From assembly GCA_964234715.1 (NCBI GenBank), contig OZ174289.1: 64,000 nt of DNA. The stretch is one strand, 5' to 3'. The notes beneath the pieces are model-generated. The model had not been told where the DNA came from, did not search any database, and worked only from the letters and a program-made list of their open reading frames with translations. Shown here one piece after another: positions 41,301-53,310 of this stretch. This DNA comes from Podarcis melisellensis. Lineage: Eukaryota. Numbering within the stretch: the stretch's first letter is position 1; every line of letters starts with the position of its first letter. The position numbers and the translations under genes were made by a program.

Positions 41301-44300
41301 AGAAATAGATGTAGATCTTGCAAAGGCTTTAGAATGACACCTTGCCGGGTAGTAAATACACAAAAGTGGTATCCTAAGAACAGATCAATCTTGATGGAAC
41401 TGCTTGGCTGTAGAACAAAAATGCTGCCATCTGCTGGTCTTATGGAGAAAGGCAACCTGATTTTGCAACTTGAACAAATATTTTGTTCCCTTGCCCCTTT
41501 TTTGGAAGATAGGAAGCTGCCTTATAGTGAGTCAGACCATTGATCCATCTAGCTTAGTATTGTCTACACTGACTGGCAGCAGCTCTCCAGGGTTTCAGTC
41601 TGGCAGTCTTTCCCAGCCCTTCCTGGTGATGCTGGCGGTTGAAGCTGGAATCATCTGCATGCACCACAGGTGTTCTGTCACTGAATAGTGGTCCCACCCC
41701 ATGAGTTGATACCAGTCCAGTCTGGCTCCCCGTTTTTTGTTTTCTGTACCCCTCCATTCTACGCCATCCCTCTTTTAAATTGCAAATTACACTTATCCAC
41801 ACAGAGGCTGGGAGGGGCTGGCTTGTCTTACCGCCTCTGTGTTTCTCAGGTGGTTTGAAAAGGACCATGCAGAACACCTGTCTGTGGGAAGTGTTTGGCT
41901 GTACATTTTGTAGACTACAGTTTGTCTTCCCGCAGTATAAACACTTTGCTTCTTGGAAATGTTGCGTTAGATAATATCTTGGCCTCGTTTCCCAGATAAC
42001 TGTTTATGGGTTAGAGAAGCTGAGCTTCTCTTTAATGTAAACACTTGGTGGCTATCCATAGTGGAAAAATGTGACTTTAAATACCAATAATTATTGTTGT
42101 TGTTGTCAAGACTGGGTTGCATACTGCTGTTTAAGCAGTGGCAGTGGTATGGCCGTATTAGGGGCTTGGAGGGGGCTGTCTCAGTATATTCTTACCACCC
42201 TCCGCACAGGTTGGGGAAGCAGACTTTTTATAACTTTTTTTTAATTGTTAGAATAATACATAGAGCAAAAAATACACAGTGTGAAATATTATTTTATTTG
42301 TGAATTGCCTTTTACATATATGTCTTCAGGCAATTTACACGCATCTTGAAATTATTTAGAAATTAAATAATCAGTCAATCAATCAGAATAATAAGAAAGC
42401 AGAAATAGTTTTTGAAGCAGTGCTTAACCCCCCCCCCCAAAAAAAACCCCCCTCTGAAGCTAAGTTTAAATACCATACAAAAAGACACCCAGCATTTTCA
42501 TCCAGCTGGAAAAGCCTATCGAAACCATAATGTCTCCAGTTGTTTTAGGAAAATGCAGATAATGGCTGTCTGTTGTATCTCAAAAGGGATGCTGTTCCAC
42601 AGAATAGAGGCAACCACATTGAAAGCCCTTCCTTAAGTAGGCTTCTGATATTTGAGGGACTTTAAGGAGTCCTGCAGAATGCTACCCAAGTGGATAGCCA
42701 TGTTATCTTTTAACACCAGCCTAAAATATTATAGCTGGCTTATCCCCATCAACTCAAAGTTCATTTGTGATAATAACAAACACCCCAAAGCTAGTATTCT
42801 CCAAGGCCCATCTCTCTCTCCTACCCCATTCCACCAAAATGTGTTGAAATTCTGCATGGGTTTCCAAATGCTGCAACTGTATGAGTCCATTGGTTGATTA
42901 TAAATACAGCTGTGTGATACACACACACACACTGCTTGATTGTAAAAGAAAAACCCTTTAAAAACTCAAAATGATTTACGTAAAGAAGAAAAGGATAACA
43001 TTATCAGTAAAAAACTGTTTTAAAAAGCTATTGAAAACATTCCATTTTATCCATGTTGTGAACACGTCCCTTAAATTAAGTTTTCTTTTAAGTCGAGATT
43101 ATTTATAACCTCCTTTTAAATGTTGGCCCTGAAGAAAACAACAGAAACCCAGGTATACACCAGTACTGATTGTTTCAGTCCAATTTGGCCACAGCACACA
43201 GGCTTTCTTCCAGTGCTGACCTCATCTTCCTCAGTACTGTAGATTTACTCTTTGTTCCAACAACCCTGGACGGACAGAAGGTAAACAATGAAGAAATTAG
43301 TATAGGCCACAAATCCTTCATTGCACTCCTTGGAAAGAATCAAGCCCCTTACAGGATCAAGGCCAAACTGACTTCCTGACAAGCACCGTCAACTTATAAC
43401 CTTTTCTTTCCTTTGTCACAGATTCCGGAGACAGCCTCTCCCACACCACCACTTCCCCGCAACCTTCACCAGCCGCCTCTGCCCACGCCTTGAGGGTTGC
43501 AGACCCTTCCCTTTTGGCCGACCAAGCTGCTGCGGATGCTTCTGCTGCAGAGGAGACAGCAAGCGAGTCAGAGTCTGTCTTCCTTCCTGACTATCTGTTC
43601 TTATCAAACTGTGAGACCGGAAAACTCAGTCATGTCAGGTATCACCATAACTCTCTCTGATACAACCTTCCTCCAACCTTGTGGCCTTCCAGATGTTGCT
43701 CAAGTACAACTCCCATTAGCAACCGTGTCCTGGCTAGGGCTGCTGTGAGTTGTGGTCCAGAACATCTGGAGGCCAGTGGGGAAGGTTGAGTGCCTTTCAG
43801 TTTTGGGGAGCAAAACAGGGTTATTCCCAAAGGAAGTTTGGGTCTAAGCGGACTTAGCACATAGAAGTACATAAGCTCATAAATTGTGGTCATATGTAAA
43901 CCTTATATTTAAAGCTCTATGGTGCCACTTTAAACAGTCACAACCTCCCCCAAAGAATTCTGGGAGCTGTAGTTCATTAAGAGTGCTGAGATCCCTATTC
44001 CCCTCACAGAGTTACAGCTCCCAAAATTCTTTGAGGGAAGCCATGATTGTGTTATCATAGTGCTTTGATTGTATGATGGGAATGCCACCTAGGTTGGTGG
44101 CTGAAGTAAGATTCAGCCATGGCAATGACACAGAGCCCTCCACACCTGAGGGCATAAAGCTAGCTTAGGAGGCACAGGGTAAGCTATGTGGCACATAGCT
44201 CTGCCTGCTCTCTGCCTCTCAGCATCTAAGGCCTTAGGTAGCTGCCTCTCTTTGCATCGTAGGGCCAACTCTGTCAAGTTGATGTTAATATTTCTCCACA

Positions 44301-47300
44301 TGGTTGCATTGCTAAGTATTTTTCAGAATGTTTTTCATTGGCCGATGGGCCAGACCCATTGTACGTGCAGCTCTTTCTACATTTTAGTAAGGGTGCGGGA
44401 AATCCAGGGCTGCATACACACCATGCACTTCAAGTTCATTCTGCTTCCCTAGAAAAGATTCATAGGAAGCATAGTTTACTCCTCCCAGGGCTACAATTGC
44501 CAGCACCTTTAACAAACTACAGGTACCAGGATTTTGTGGTGGGGGGAGTAATGTGATTTAAATGAATGGGTATACACAGCCTAGATAGCTTCTTCTGTTT
44601 TTATAATTCTAGGAAATGGTCTTACCATTGGACCATTGGACCATATAACTCAGCACTCTCAACATGGCTGGCAACGGCTCTTAAGGTTTGCAGTCAGTCT
44701 TGCCCAATCCCTACTTGGGTATGCCAGTGGTGGGCATGGCCAGAGGCAAAAGTGGGAGTGGCCAACACTGAAGCAAGCAATAGATGTGACTTTGTACAAC
44801 ACACACACGCACAACATACACATCTCTCCATCCAGACATGGGAAAGGCATCTCAGTTAGAGGACATATTCCAATCAGTAAAAGTGCTCAAGAAGTGTGTA
44901 GAGGGGTATGAGAATCCTAGGAACCAGCTAAAAGTGCCTGTAATTCCCCATTTCTTCTCCTGCTTGTCACCTAGGTTGGTGGTTGAAGTAAAATTCCACA
45001 ATGGCAATGAGACAGAGCCCTCTACACCTGAGGGCATTAGTTCCTTATTCCAGTTGTAAATTTTCCCAAAAGAAAGAACAGTCCTACCCTTCTGGCTCCC
45101 TCATCACATTCTGTTCTTGCTTTGGTGGGGAGACAGCTACCCATGTTTCCACTGAAAGAAAAATGCAGGAAGCCATAAAAGTCAACCTGACCTATAATCC
45201 CCAAATTTCTTCTTTGTGCTTAAAATGGCAATCAGATGCTGAATATTTTGAAACCGAAAAAGCCCTCCAGAGTGCCTCTTCAAGTCAATATCTACTTTGT
45301 TTTCAATGATGGCTGTAACAATAACATGAGTACCACAAATGCATCCACAAGAGAACAACATAATTGCCCCTACAAATAAAATTACTCCTCTATATTGTAG
45401 TCAACAAAATGTTCTCCTCAATGGCTTGTCCTAAAAGCTTTCCTGGAAAGGCAAGGTAGAAATGAATAGAATAAAGGGGTGGGGGATAATTTAGGACACA
45501 AAACAAAATTAAGCACTCTGGAATCACAATTATTTCAATGGTAGTGAGAGTTAAGTAAATCAGTGAGAGTCGATGCCTCAGTTTTAGCACAAAGGCTAAA
45601 ACAAAACTAAGTATTTTGTTGTCCTTTAACTCTGATACTGTTTAGAGGAAAGTAAAAATTAAACAAAAACTTGTGGGATGAAAAGCAAATCCACTCCCCA
45701 CCAGGCAAGTATGAAATCACTATATTAAAAATGTTCATACCATGTTTTTCAGCAAATTCTGGAAATGAAATAGGATTGTTATTCTCAGAATTGACCTCAT
45801 ATTCCACCAACTACCTCAAACTAAGCAGAATGCAGAGCTATCCAGCAGTGGGAACGGGATGTTTAAAGCAGTATTTGGAGATTTTGACAAGATAAGAATG
45901 TGCATCCCTCATGTCCATCTAGATTGCAATGACATTTGGGGTGGGGGTGGGGCAGAACCAACAAGTCAACTATGCAACTTAATTTTTTGTTATCAACATC
46001 AACAGTGAATTCCATAATCATTCATCAGACAAGAACCACAATTAGCATATATATCCAAAGGCATGTCAGAACCATAAATTTCAGATTGCTTGATGAAGTT
46101 CCAAAGCAGTTTTTCCCATTCATTCCCAAGAGATGCTATTCTCTTTGGAGCAAAACCGCAATATGTGGTTTAACAATCAAATTCCTCTTCCCATGGAACT
46201 CTTGAGAATTTTTGCTCTGTGAGGTGAATAGGGGTCTCCTAAGAACTCTCAGCACCCATAACATATGTCAGTTTCCATGAATTTTTGAGGGAATCCAGAA
46301 TTGTTAAAGTGGTATCACAGCACTTTCAATGTATGCTGTGAATGTGGACTAAAATAGAATATTTTTTTTAAAAAAAAAACATGCACACTAACCAAAATAA
46401 TTTAATCATAATTTGAAGTATTGCTTGGAAAAAAGAGGGAAGAGTGGAATGAAGATGAGCACAAGAAGATTAAATTGGGCTGCTCAAGCCCCATTTTACA
46501 CTAAATATCCTGGGAAGAATTAGGGCATGTGTCTTCTTTACATTTTTTTGTATTTAAAAAACCCTCATCCTCCCTGAACAATTCAGGAAGAAGGAAAGCA
46601 AAAGCACATTTCCCCCCTTTCTCATATTCACTGGTTTGCTTAGTTAAGAGATTTCTTACCTGCGCTTCACCACAAGGTCCCTGGGTGGGTTACAACCTGA
46701 AGGAGCATCTCCACTCCCATTATTCAGCCCGGACACTGAGGTCCAGCTCCAAGGGCCTTCTGGTGGTTCCCTCACTGTGAGAAGCCAAGTTACAGGGAAC
46801 CAGGCAGAGGGCCTTCTCAGTAGTGGCACCTGCCCTGTGGAATGCCTTTTCACCGGATGTCAAGGAGATAAATAAGTGTATTACTTTTAGAAGCCATCTA
46901 AAGGCAGCCCTATATAGAGAAGTTTTAAATGTTTGATATTTTATTGTGTTTTTATCTTTTTCTGGAAGCTGCTCAGAGTGGCTGGGCAACCCATGCAGAT
47001 GGGTGGCATATAAATAATAAAAATAGTATTAGTATTCATATTACTATCCTATAAAATCCAGTAAAACATTGAAACCAAACCAGATAAATGTACATCCAAC
47101 AATACAAGCAGTCTCACAAACATCACGCAAATATAAAGGTATGTCTGCAGCAAACGATGGAAACTATATAATGAGGCAGTACTGAGCTAGGTAAGGCAAC
47201 TTCCCATCCCATGGTAGGGAAAATAGGGCACTGCCTCACCAATCTCAGTTTACCGTCACCCAACCTACACCCAGCTGATTGCATTCGTACTTTCAACCAG

Positions 47301-50300
47301 TCACAGAGTGGCTTTGCTTTTCGTTGATTGTTGCTGCTCTTCCTTCCTTCCACCTTACCAGTGGCCAATGGGCACTGGCCACCACTGTTCCTATGTTCTG
47401 CAACATAAGTAACACCTATACTATTTTTCTTTTCTTTTCCTTTCAGGTGCCACAGCTGGTCCAATTCTGACCGATCCCTGGAGCAGACTTCATCAGACGA
47501 TGTCTTTGTTGACTTTGTGGCATCTCAGCCCTCACTTTATCTACAGCCTTCTGGCATCCTGCTGCAAGAGATGCCCCAGGCAATGGGTCATGGGGCTCTT
47601 CTCAAGAATGCAGATTCAAGCGGTCCCCCTTCTAGTGATTTCTCCTCTTCCTCCCCACTTTCAGGACCTCCCTTGACACCAACCTTAATGGTTGATAAAA
47701 GCCCGAGTGCTCTTTCCTATGGCATTACTGAACTTGATGTTCTGGGCAATACACCACCACCAAGGCCTCCTAAGCCAACCCACTTCACAGACAAACGGGC
47801 TGAAGAGCCATCCAGTGGGGTCCTTCAGAATGGACACGTTGGGATCTCGTGTGCTCAAGGGGCATTGGTGCCAAGGAGAATCTCCTTGTCTGGATTGGAC
47901 AGCATGAGAAGTTGGAGAGGTAAGGATGTGAATGGTCTTGTCTGTTAAGAGTTGGCCTTCCTGAGCTCATAATTTCCACCCTTACTCCATAGCTGGGAAT
48001 GGGAGGAATTATCAGTTTGAGTTCTCTAGGTTTCTTGTTTTTCCCATCTTAAATTCAGTTCTCCATGTTTCTGTAGCAACTCATGAATTTTTGTTGTTGT
48101 TGCTGTCAAAAAAATCCTCCTGAACATTCTTCAGTGTTTAGGTACATATTTATCCTAAAAAACGCATTTTTGCCTGCAATTTTGACTGATGTGCACATTT
48201 TTGGAAGCAATTTCTCTTATCCTAATGCATTTTTGTATGTTATTTTGATGAATACTATCATTTTTACACACAGTTGCCCTTAACGTTGTTTGGTTGGAGA
48301 ACTGCATCACATTGCAAACATGGGAGAAGTTCAGATTTTGAAGGGTGGCTTAGTTTTGGTTCTCCTATTGCTCTGGAAACTCTGAATTTGATAAATTCGG
48401 CTTTAAATGCAGATTGAACTAAATCCTCCCCACCCCAATCCCTATCCGTAGCACTGGTCTTCAACTAGTGAGTTAGGACCTACTGCTGCTATAGTGCTTA
48501 GTGAAGGAAGACTTCTTAATTTTTCTGGTGCTGATTATTGTTTTGATGTCTTTCATCTTTGCTGGTTTTGAAGGGAGGGTTGTGTGTTTGTATTTTATGC
48601 TGCTCTTGGTGATGTTACTATTCTTATTCTGGTTGTTGTTGTTTTACATTGTTTGTACCTTTTCAAACTGTATTTACATTTTGTAAGCTAACCTTGGAAT
48701 TTTATTGAAATGGTTGGGGGTACAAATGTCTCAGATAAATGAAATAAGCTTGCAGCTGTAACTGACCGTAAGCCATATTGATTGGTTTGCTCCCTGTGAT
48801 GTCTGTCACAGGGCCACTCCAGAACAGTTTTTTCAACTTTGGAAAAACTGAGATTGTGTGAGTGTTTTATCTTAAATAAGTGAGGAAATGAACATTCTGT
48901 TGAATGAACACACTCCCTGTGCTTAAGTAAAGAAGACTGATAACCAAGTTGAAACGGCAGAATAAGGAGGCTGTACTGGTTCCTATGAGCTGTAATCTGA
49001 AACATCTGGAAAATATGAGGGAGGCAAAAGCTGGACAAGACAATTGACCATAGGAACATTTTAATTAGTATGGCCATTCACATTTTGAAAGGAAGAGTAA
49101 GTGAAGTCCTCCTCGTCCTCCTCCTCCTTACCCTGCCCTTCACCAGCAGATCCAAGTGAGGGTTATAATAAATTAAAAATCAGTGTTGTTTGTTGTTTAG
49201 TCATGTCCGACTCTTCGTGACCCCATGGACCAGAGCACGCCAAGAACTCCTGTCTTTCACTGCCTCCCGCAGTTTGGTCAAACTCATGCTGGTAGCTTTG
49301 AGAACACTCTCCAACCATCTCGTCCTCTGTCGTCCCCTTCTCCTTGTGCCCTCCATCTTTCCCAGCATCAGGGTTTTTTCCAGGGAGTCTTCTCTTCTCA
49401 TGAGGTGGCCAAAGTATTGGAGCCTCAGCTTCAGGATCTGTCCTTCCAGTGAGCACTCAGAGCTGATTTCCTTCAGAATGGATAGGTTTCATTTTCTTGC
49501 AGTCCATGGGACTCTTCAAGAGTCTCCTCCAGCACCATAATTCAAAAGCATCAATTCTTCGGCGATCAGCCTTCTTTATGGTCCAGCTCTCACTTCCATA
49601 CATCACTACTGGGAAAACCATAGCTTTTACTATACGGACCTTTGTTGGCAAGGTGATGTCTCTGCTTTTTAAGATGCTGTCTAGGTTTGTCATTGCTTTT
49701 CTCCCCAGAAGCAGGCGTCTTTTAATTTTGTGGCTGCTGTCAGTGTTAAAAGCTGTTAAAACAAATGACAGTCACAGGAATAGGGTGGCTCTTGAAAACA
49801 TTCTTCTCTGGTGTCAAAGGCCAGAATAAAGATGTGCGGCTTCTGCATTCGCCAACAGCTATATAGTGAAGGTGCCAGAAACACCTATTTAAGGAGGGAA
49901 TGCCACAAATTAGGGGCAGTCACAGACAGTTTGCTCTCCCAAGCTGCTACCACCCTGAACTTCTGAGAATGGCAGAACTACCCAGAGGGCCCCCTGAGCT
50001 GATCTCAACATCCTACAATGGCCTGTAGTAGAAGGAGGGGGTCTCTCAGATGTTTGGGGCCTAAGTTGTTTAGGGCTTTAAATACTAGCGTGAGGATATT
50101 GAATTGGGCCCAGAAACAAACTGGCAGCCACAAACTGCTGCTGCTACTCCTGTTGCTTTTTAATATGCACATTGCACTGTATGGAACCTATTTTGTTTTA
50201 ATTTATTAACAACTGTGTATCTCATCTTTCTGCCTTGAAGAGAGGCCCTCTGCACACCTTCAGATAATTCTGAAGAATGTTTTTACCAGCTCATTTTATC

Positions 50301-52121
50301 AGTGTCCAGTGCAGTTCTTGGAAGCTTTTGAGAGAAACACCCATCACTGGAAGTGTTATTCTCACTAACAGCCTTGAGTTGCCGGGGAAGCAGACTTTCT
50401 AAAAGCATGTGTGCTACTTTACACGTAAACACACAGACATGTGCACACACACAGCATATTCTTAAAGAGCTTTTCCAGACGGGAAACCCACAATTTTATT
50501 CTTTTGTCTATTAGTTTATTAATTGACTTGCAGTTTAACTCATTAGCTGACTACATTGCAGCTCTGATCTGTGTTGGCTCCAGGATTTTGACCACCCTAA
50601 CCTGGAAGAGGGGACACGGGTGGCACTGTGGGTTAAACCACAGAGCCTAGAGCTTGCTGATCAGAAGGTCGGCGGTTCAAATCACTGTGACGGGGTGAGC
50701 TCCCGTTGCTTGGTCCCAGCTCCTGCCAACCTAGCAGTTCGAAAGCACATCAAACTGCTCCAGCGGGAAGGTAAACGGCGTTTCCTTGCGCTGCTCTGGT
50801 TCGCCAGAAGCTGCTTAGTAATGCTGACCACATGACCCGGAAGATGTACGCCAGCTCCCTCGGCCAATAAAGCAAGATGAGCGCCGCAACCCCAGAGTTG
50901 GCCACGACTGGACCTAATGGTCAGGGGTCCCTTTCCCTTAAACTGGAAGAACTGGACATGCAATTCGAAAATTCTCTTTGGCTGATCTTCTTGGATACTT
51001 TGTGCAAAGTAGAATGGGTAACACTGTGTGGGCAGTGGGGCCCCATTTTGCTCTAGGAGGCCCTGGCAAATGCCCAACCTTGCTCCCCTCTGGCCCCAGT
51101 TACTGCTGTTAATTTCTACATCCAACAATGTCCAGGGCACATATTGTGTGTGGCATCAATGTCCCACCTCACAATGGAGAACCCTCCATGCTCTCACTAG
51201 TACAGTGGTGCCCCGCAAGACGAATGCCTCGCAAGACGGAAAACCCGCTAGACGAAAGGGTTTTCCGTTTTGGAGGTGCTTCGCAAAACAAATTTCCTAT
51301 GGGCTTGCTTCGCAAGACGAAAATGTCTTGCGAGTTCCTGCAAGGTTTTTTTCCTTCCCCCCCCTTTTCCCAAGCTGCTAAGCCGCTTATCAGCTAAGCC
51401 GCTAAGCCGCTTAAAGCTGATCCTGCTTCGCAAGACAAAAAAACTGCAAGACGAAGAGACTCGCGGAACGGATTCTTTTCGTCTTGCGAGGCACCACTGT
51501 ATGCAAGTGGAACTCCTTCTGATGTAGTTTGAGTGCTAGAGACTGTGGCATGGAACAGGGCCTGCCCATACAGCCTCACATATCACCTTTCAGCACACAG
51601 AGGGGGCTGTGTGACACACTCCCCTCCAGAGTAAACCAAGCAAAAAAGGGATCTCTGCCCAGAGATGCTTTCGATCTGACTTTGCAAAAGACGGAACAAC
51701 AGGAGAGAGTGGAAGTCAGTGGATTTGTTCAATCTCTCCTCCTCTTTGATTTGTCTGATCTCGCTCTCTTCTTCCCTGCATGATTTCTGCCTGGAAAAGG
51801 CTGTCACCAACCAGCTTAGCACAAACAGGTAATGAAATGGACAAACTTTGGATGTTTGGATATCTGAATCTGGTGTGTATAGTGAGGTTTGGGCACAATT
51901 ATTTATGTTTGGTTAAGTACGTTTTCACATAGCGAGTGGAACCTTCAAACTGCACACAACAGGCTAGGATTGTATCCTCTAAGACCTACCTTTTGTTGAA
52001 CAGCTAATTAAATTGCTATGGGTTTTCTTTTTTCTTTTTTTGATTTGCAGCTGACTTGGAAGGAAATTCCCTAAGACGCAGGGATAAGAGGCTTAGCTTG
52101 AATTTGGTAAGTGCAGTACTG

Positions 52122-52169
<48 letters not shown>

Positions 52170-53278
52170 ATTTAGCATGGTTTTAGAAGTGAACATTAAC
52201 AAGAAATTAACCAGCCTATGCTGTCTGATCAATATATAATAAATGGTTACCCAATCCAATGTAACAAAATAACAGTTAGCATTTTTTCATATGTTTAGGC
52301 CAAGGTTTCCCAAACTTGGTTCTCCCAACTGTTTTTGGACTACAATTCTGTGGTTGCCATATTTCAAACAGTGAACATCCGGACACAAAAGTTGAGCTCC
52401 AAAAAAAGAATTAAGTTCTCCCTCCCTATTTTTTAGGAAAATCGCCAAAAAATCAACACTTCCTATATAGGCTGCCATAATGCCTGGGATTTCCCAGACA
52501 TTTCAGCTGCTTTTCATAAATTTCACCCAAACACTTTTTTCGATGGACAAATCTCGGCTATGTCCAGGTAATTCCAAACCTATGGCAGCCCTATACAATT
52601 CCCATCATCCTTGACCACTGGTCTGGCTAGCTATGGATGATGGGAGTTCTAGTCCAAAAGCTGGAGAACCAAGTTTGGGAAACACTGGTTTAGGTTGCAA
52701 CTCTGTGCCCACTTACCTGGGAGTAAGCCCCATTGGACCAAATGGGCCTTATTTCTCAGTATGGTGGCAGTGGCTCTCCAGGGTTTCATACTTTCTCAGT
52801 GATGTCTGGAGACCGAACATGCTGCCTTTTGCATGCAAAGCAAGTGCTCTTCCGCTGATAATTTAATTAATTAATTAATTAATTAATCAATTAATTAATT
52901 ATCCCTTCATGCAAGGATCAGAGGGTGGTTTACAATTGAAAAATATGAAATAAGGCTGAGGATATATCAAGGGCTCTGTCCTCCTTCCACTGTCTGTTTC
53001 TGCCAAGGATGGTGCAGTCAGAATGTTGNNNNNNNNNNNNNNNNNNNNNNNNNNNNNNNNNNNNNNNNNNNNNNNNNNNNNNNNNNNNNNNNNNNNNNNN
53101 NNNNNNNNNNNNNNNNNNNNNNNNNNNNNNNNNNNNNNNNNNNNNNNNNNNNNNNNNNNNAAACCAAGGTTCTTCAGCCTTCGGACCCCAGATGTGGTTG
53201 GACTACAAGTCCCATCATGCCTGGCCATTAGCTAAACTGTCAGGATTATGGGAGTTGTAGTTCAACAAAAACATATGG

Positions 53279-53310
<32 letters not shown>

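Noticed and set aside
51203-51499. Interspersed cgcaagacga repeats resembling a CRISPR-like array
   Set aside because: Irregular spacing inside a TA-flanked, TIR-bounded MITE in a vertebrate genome.
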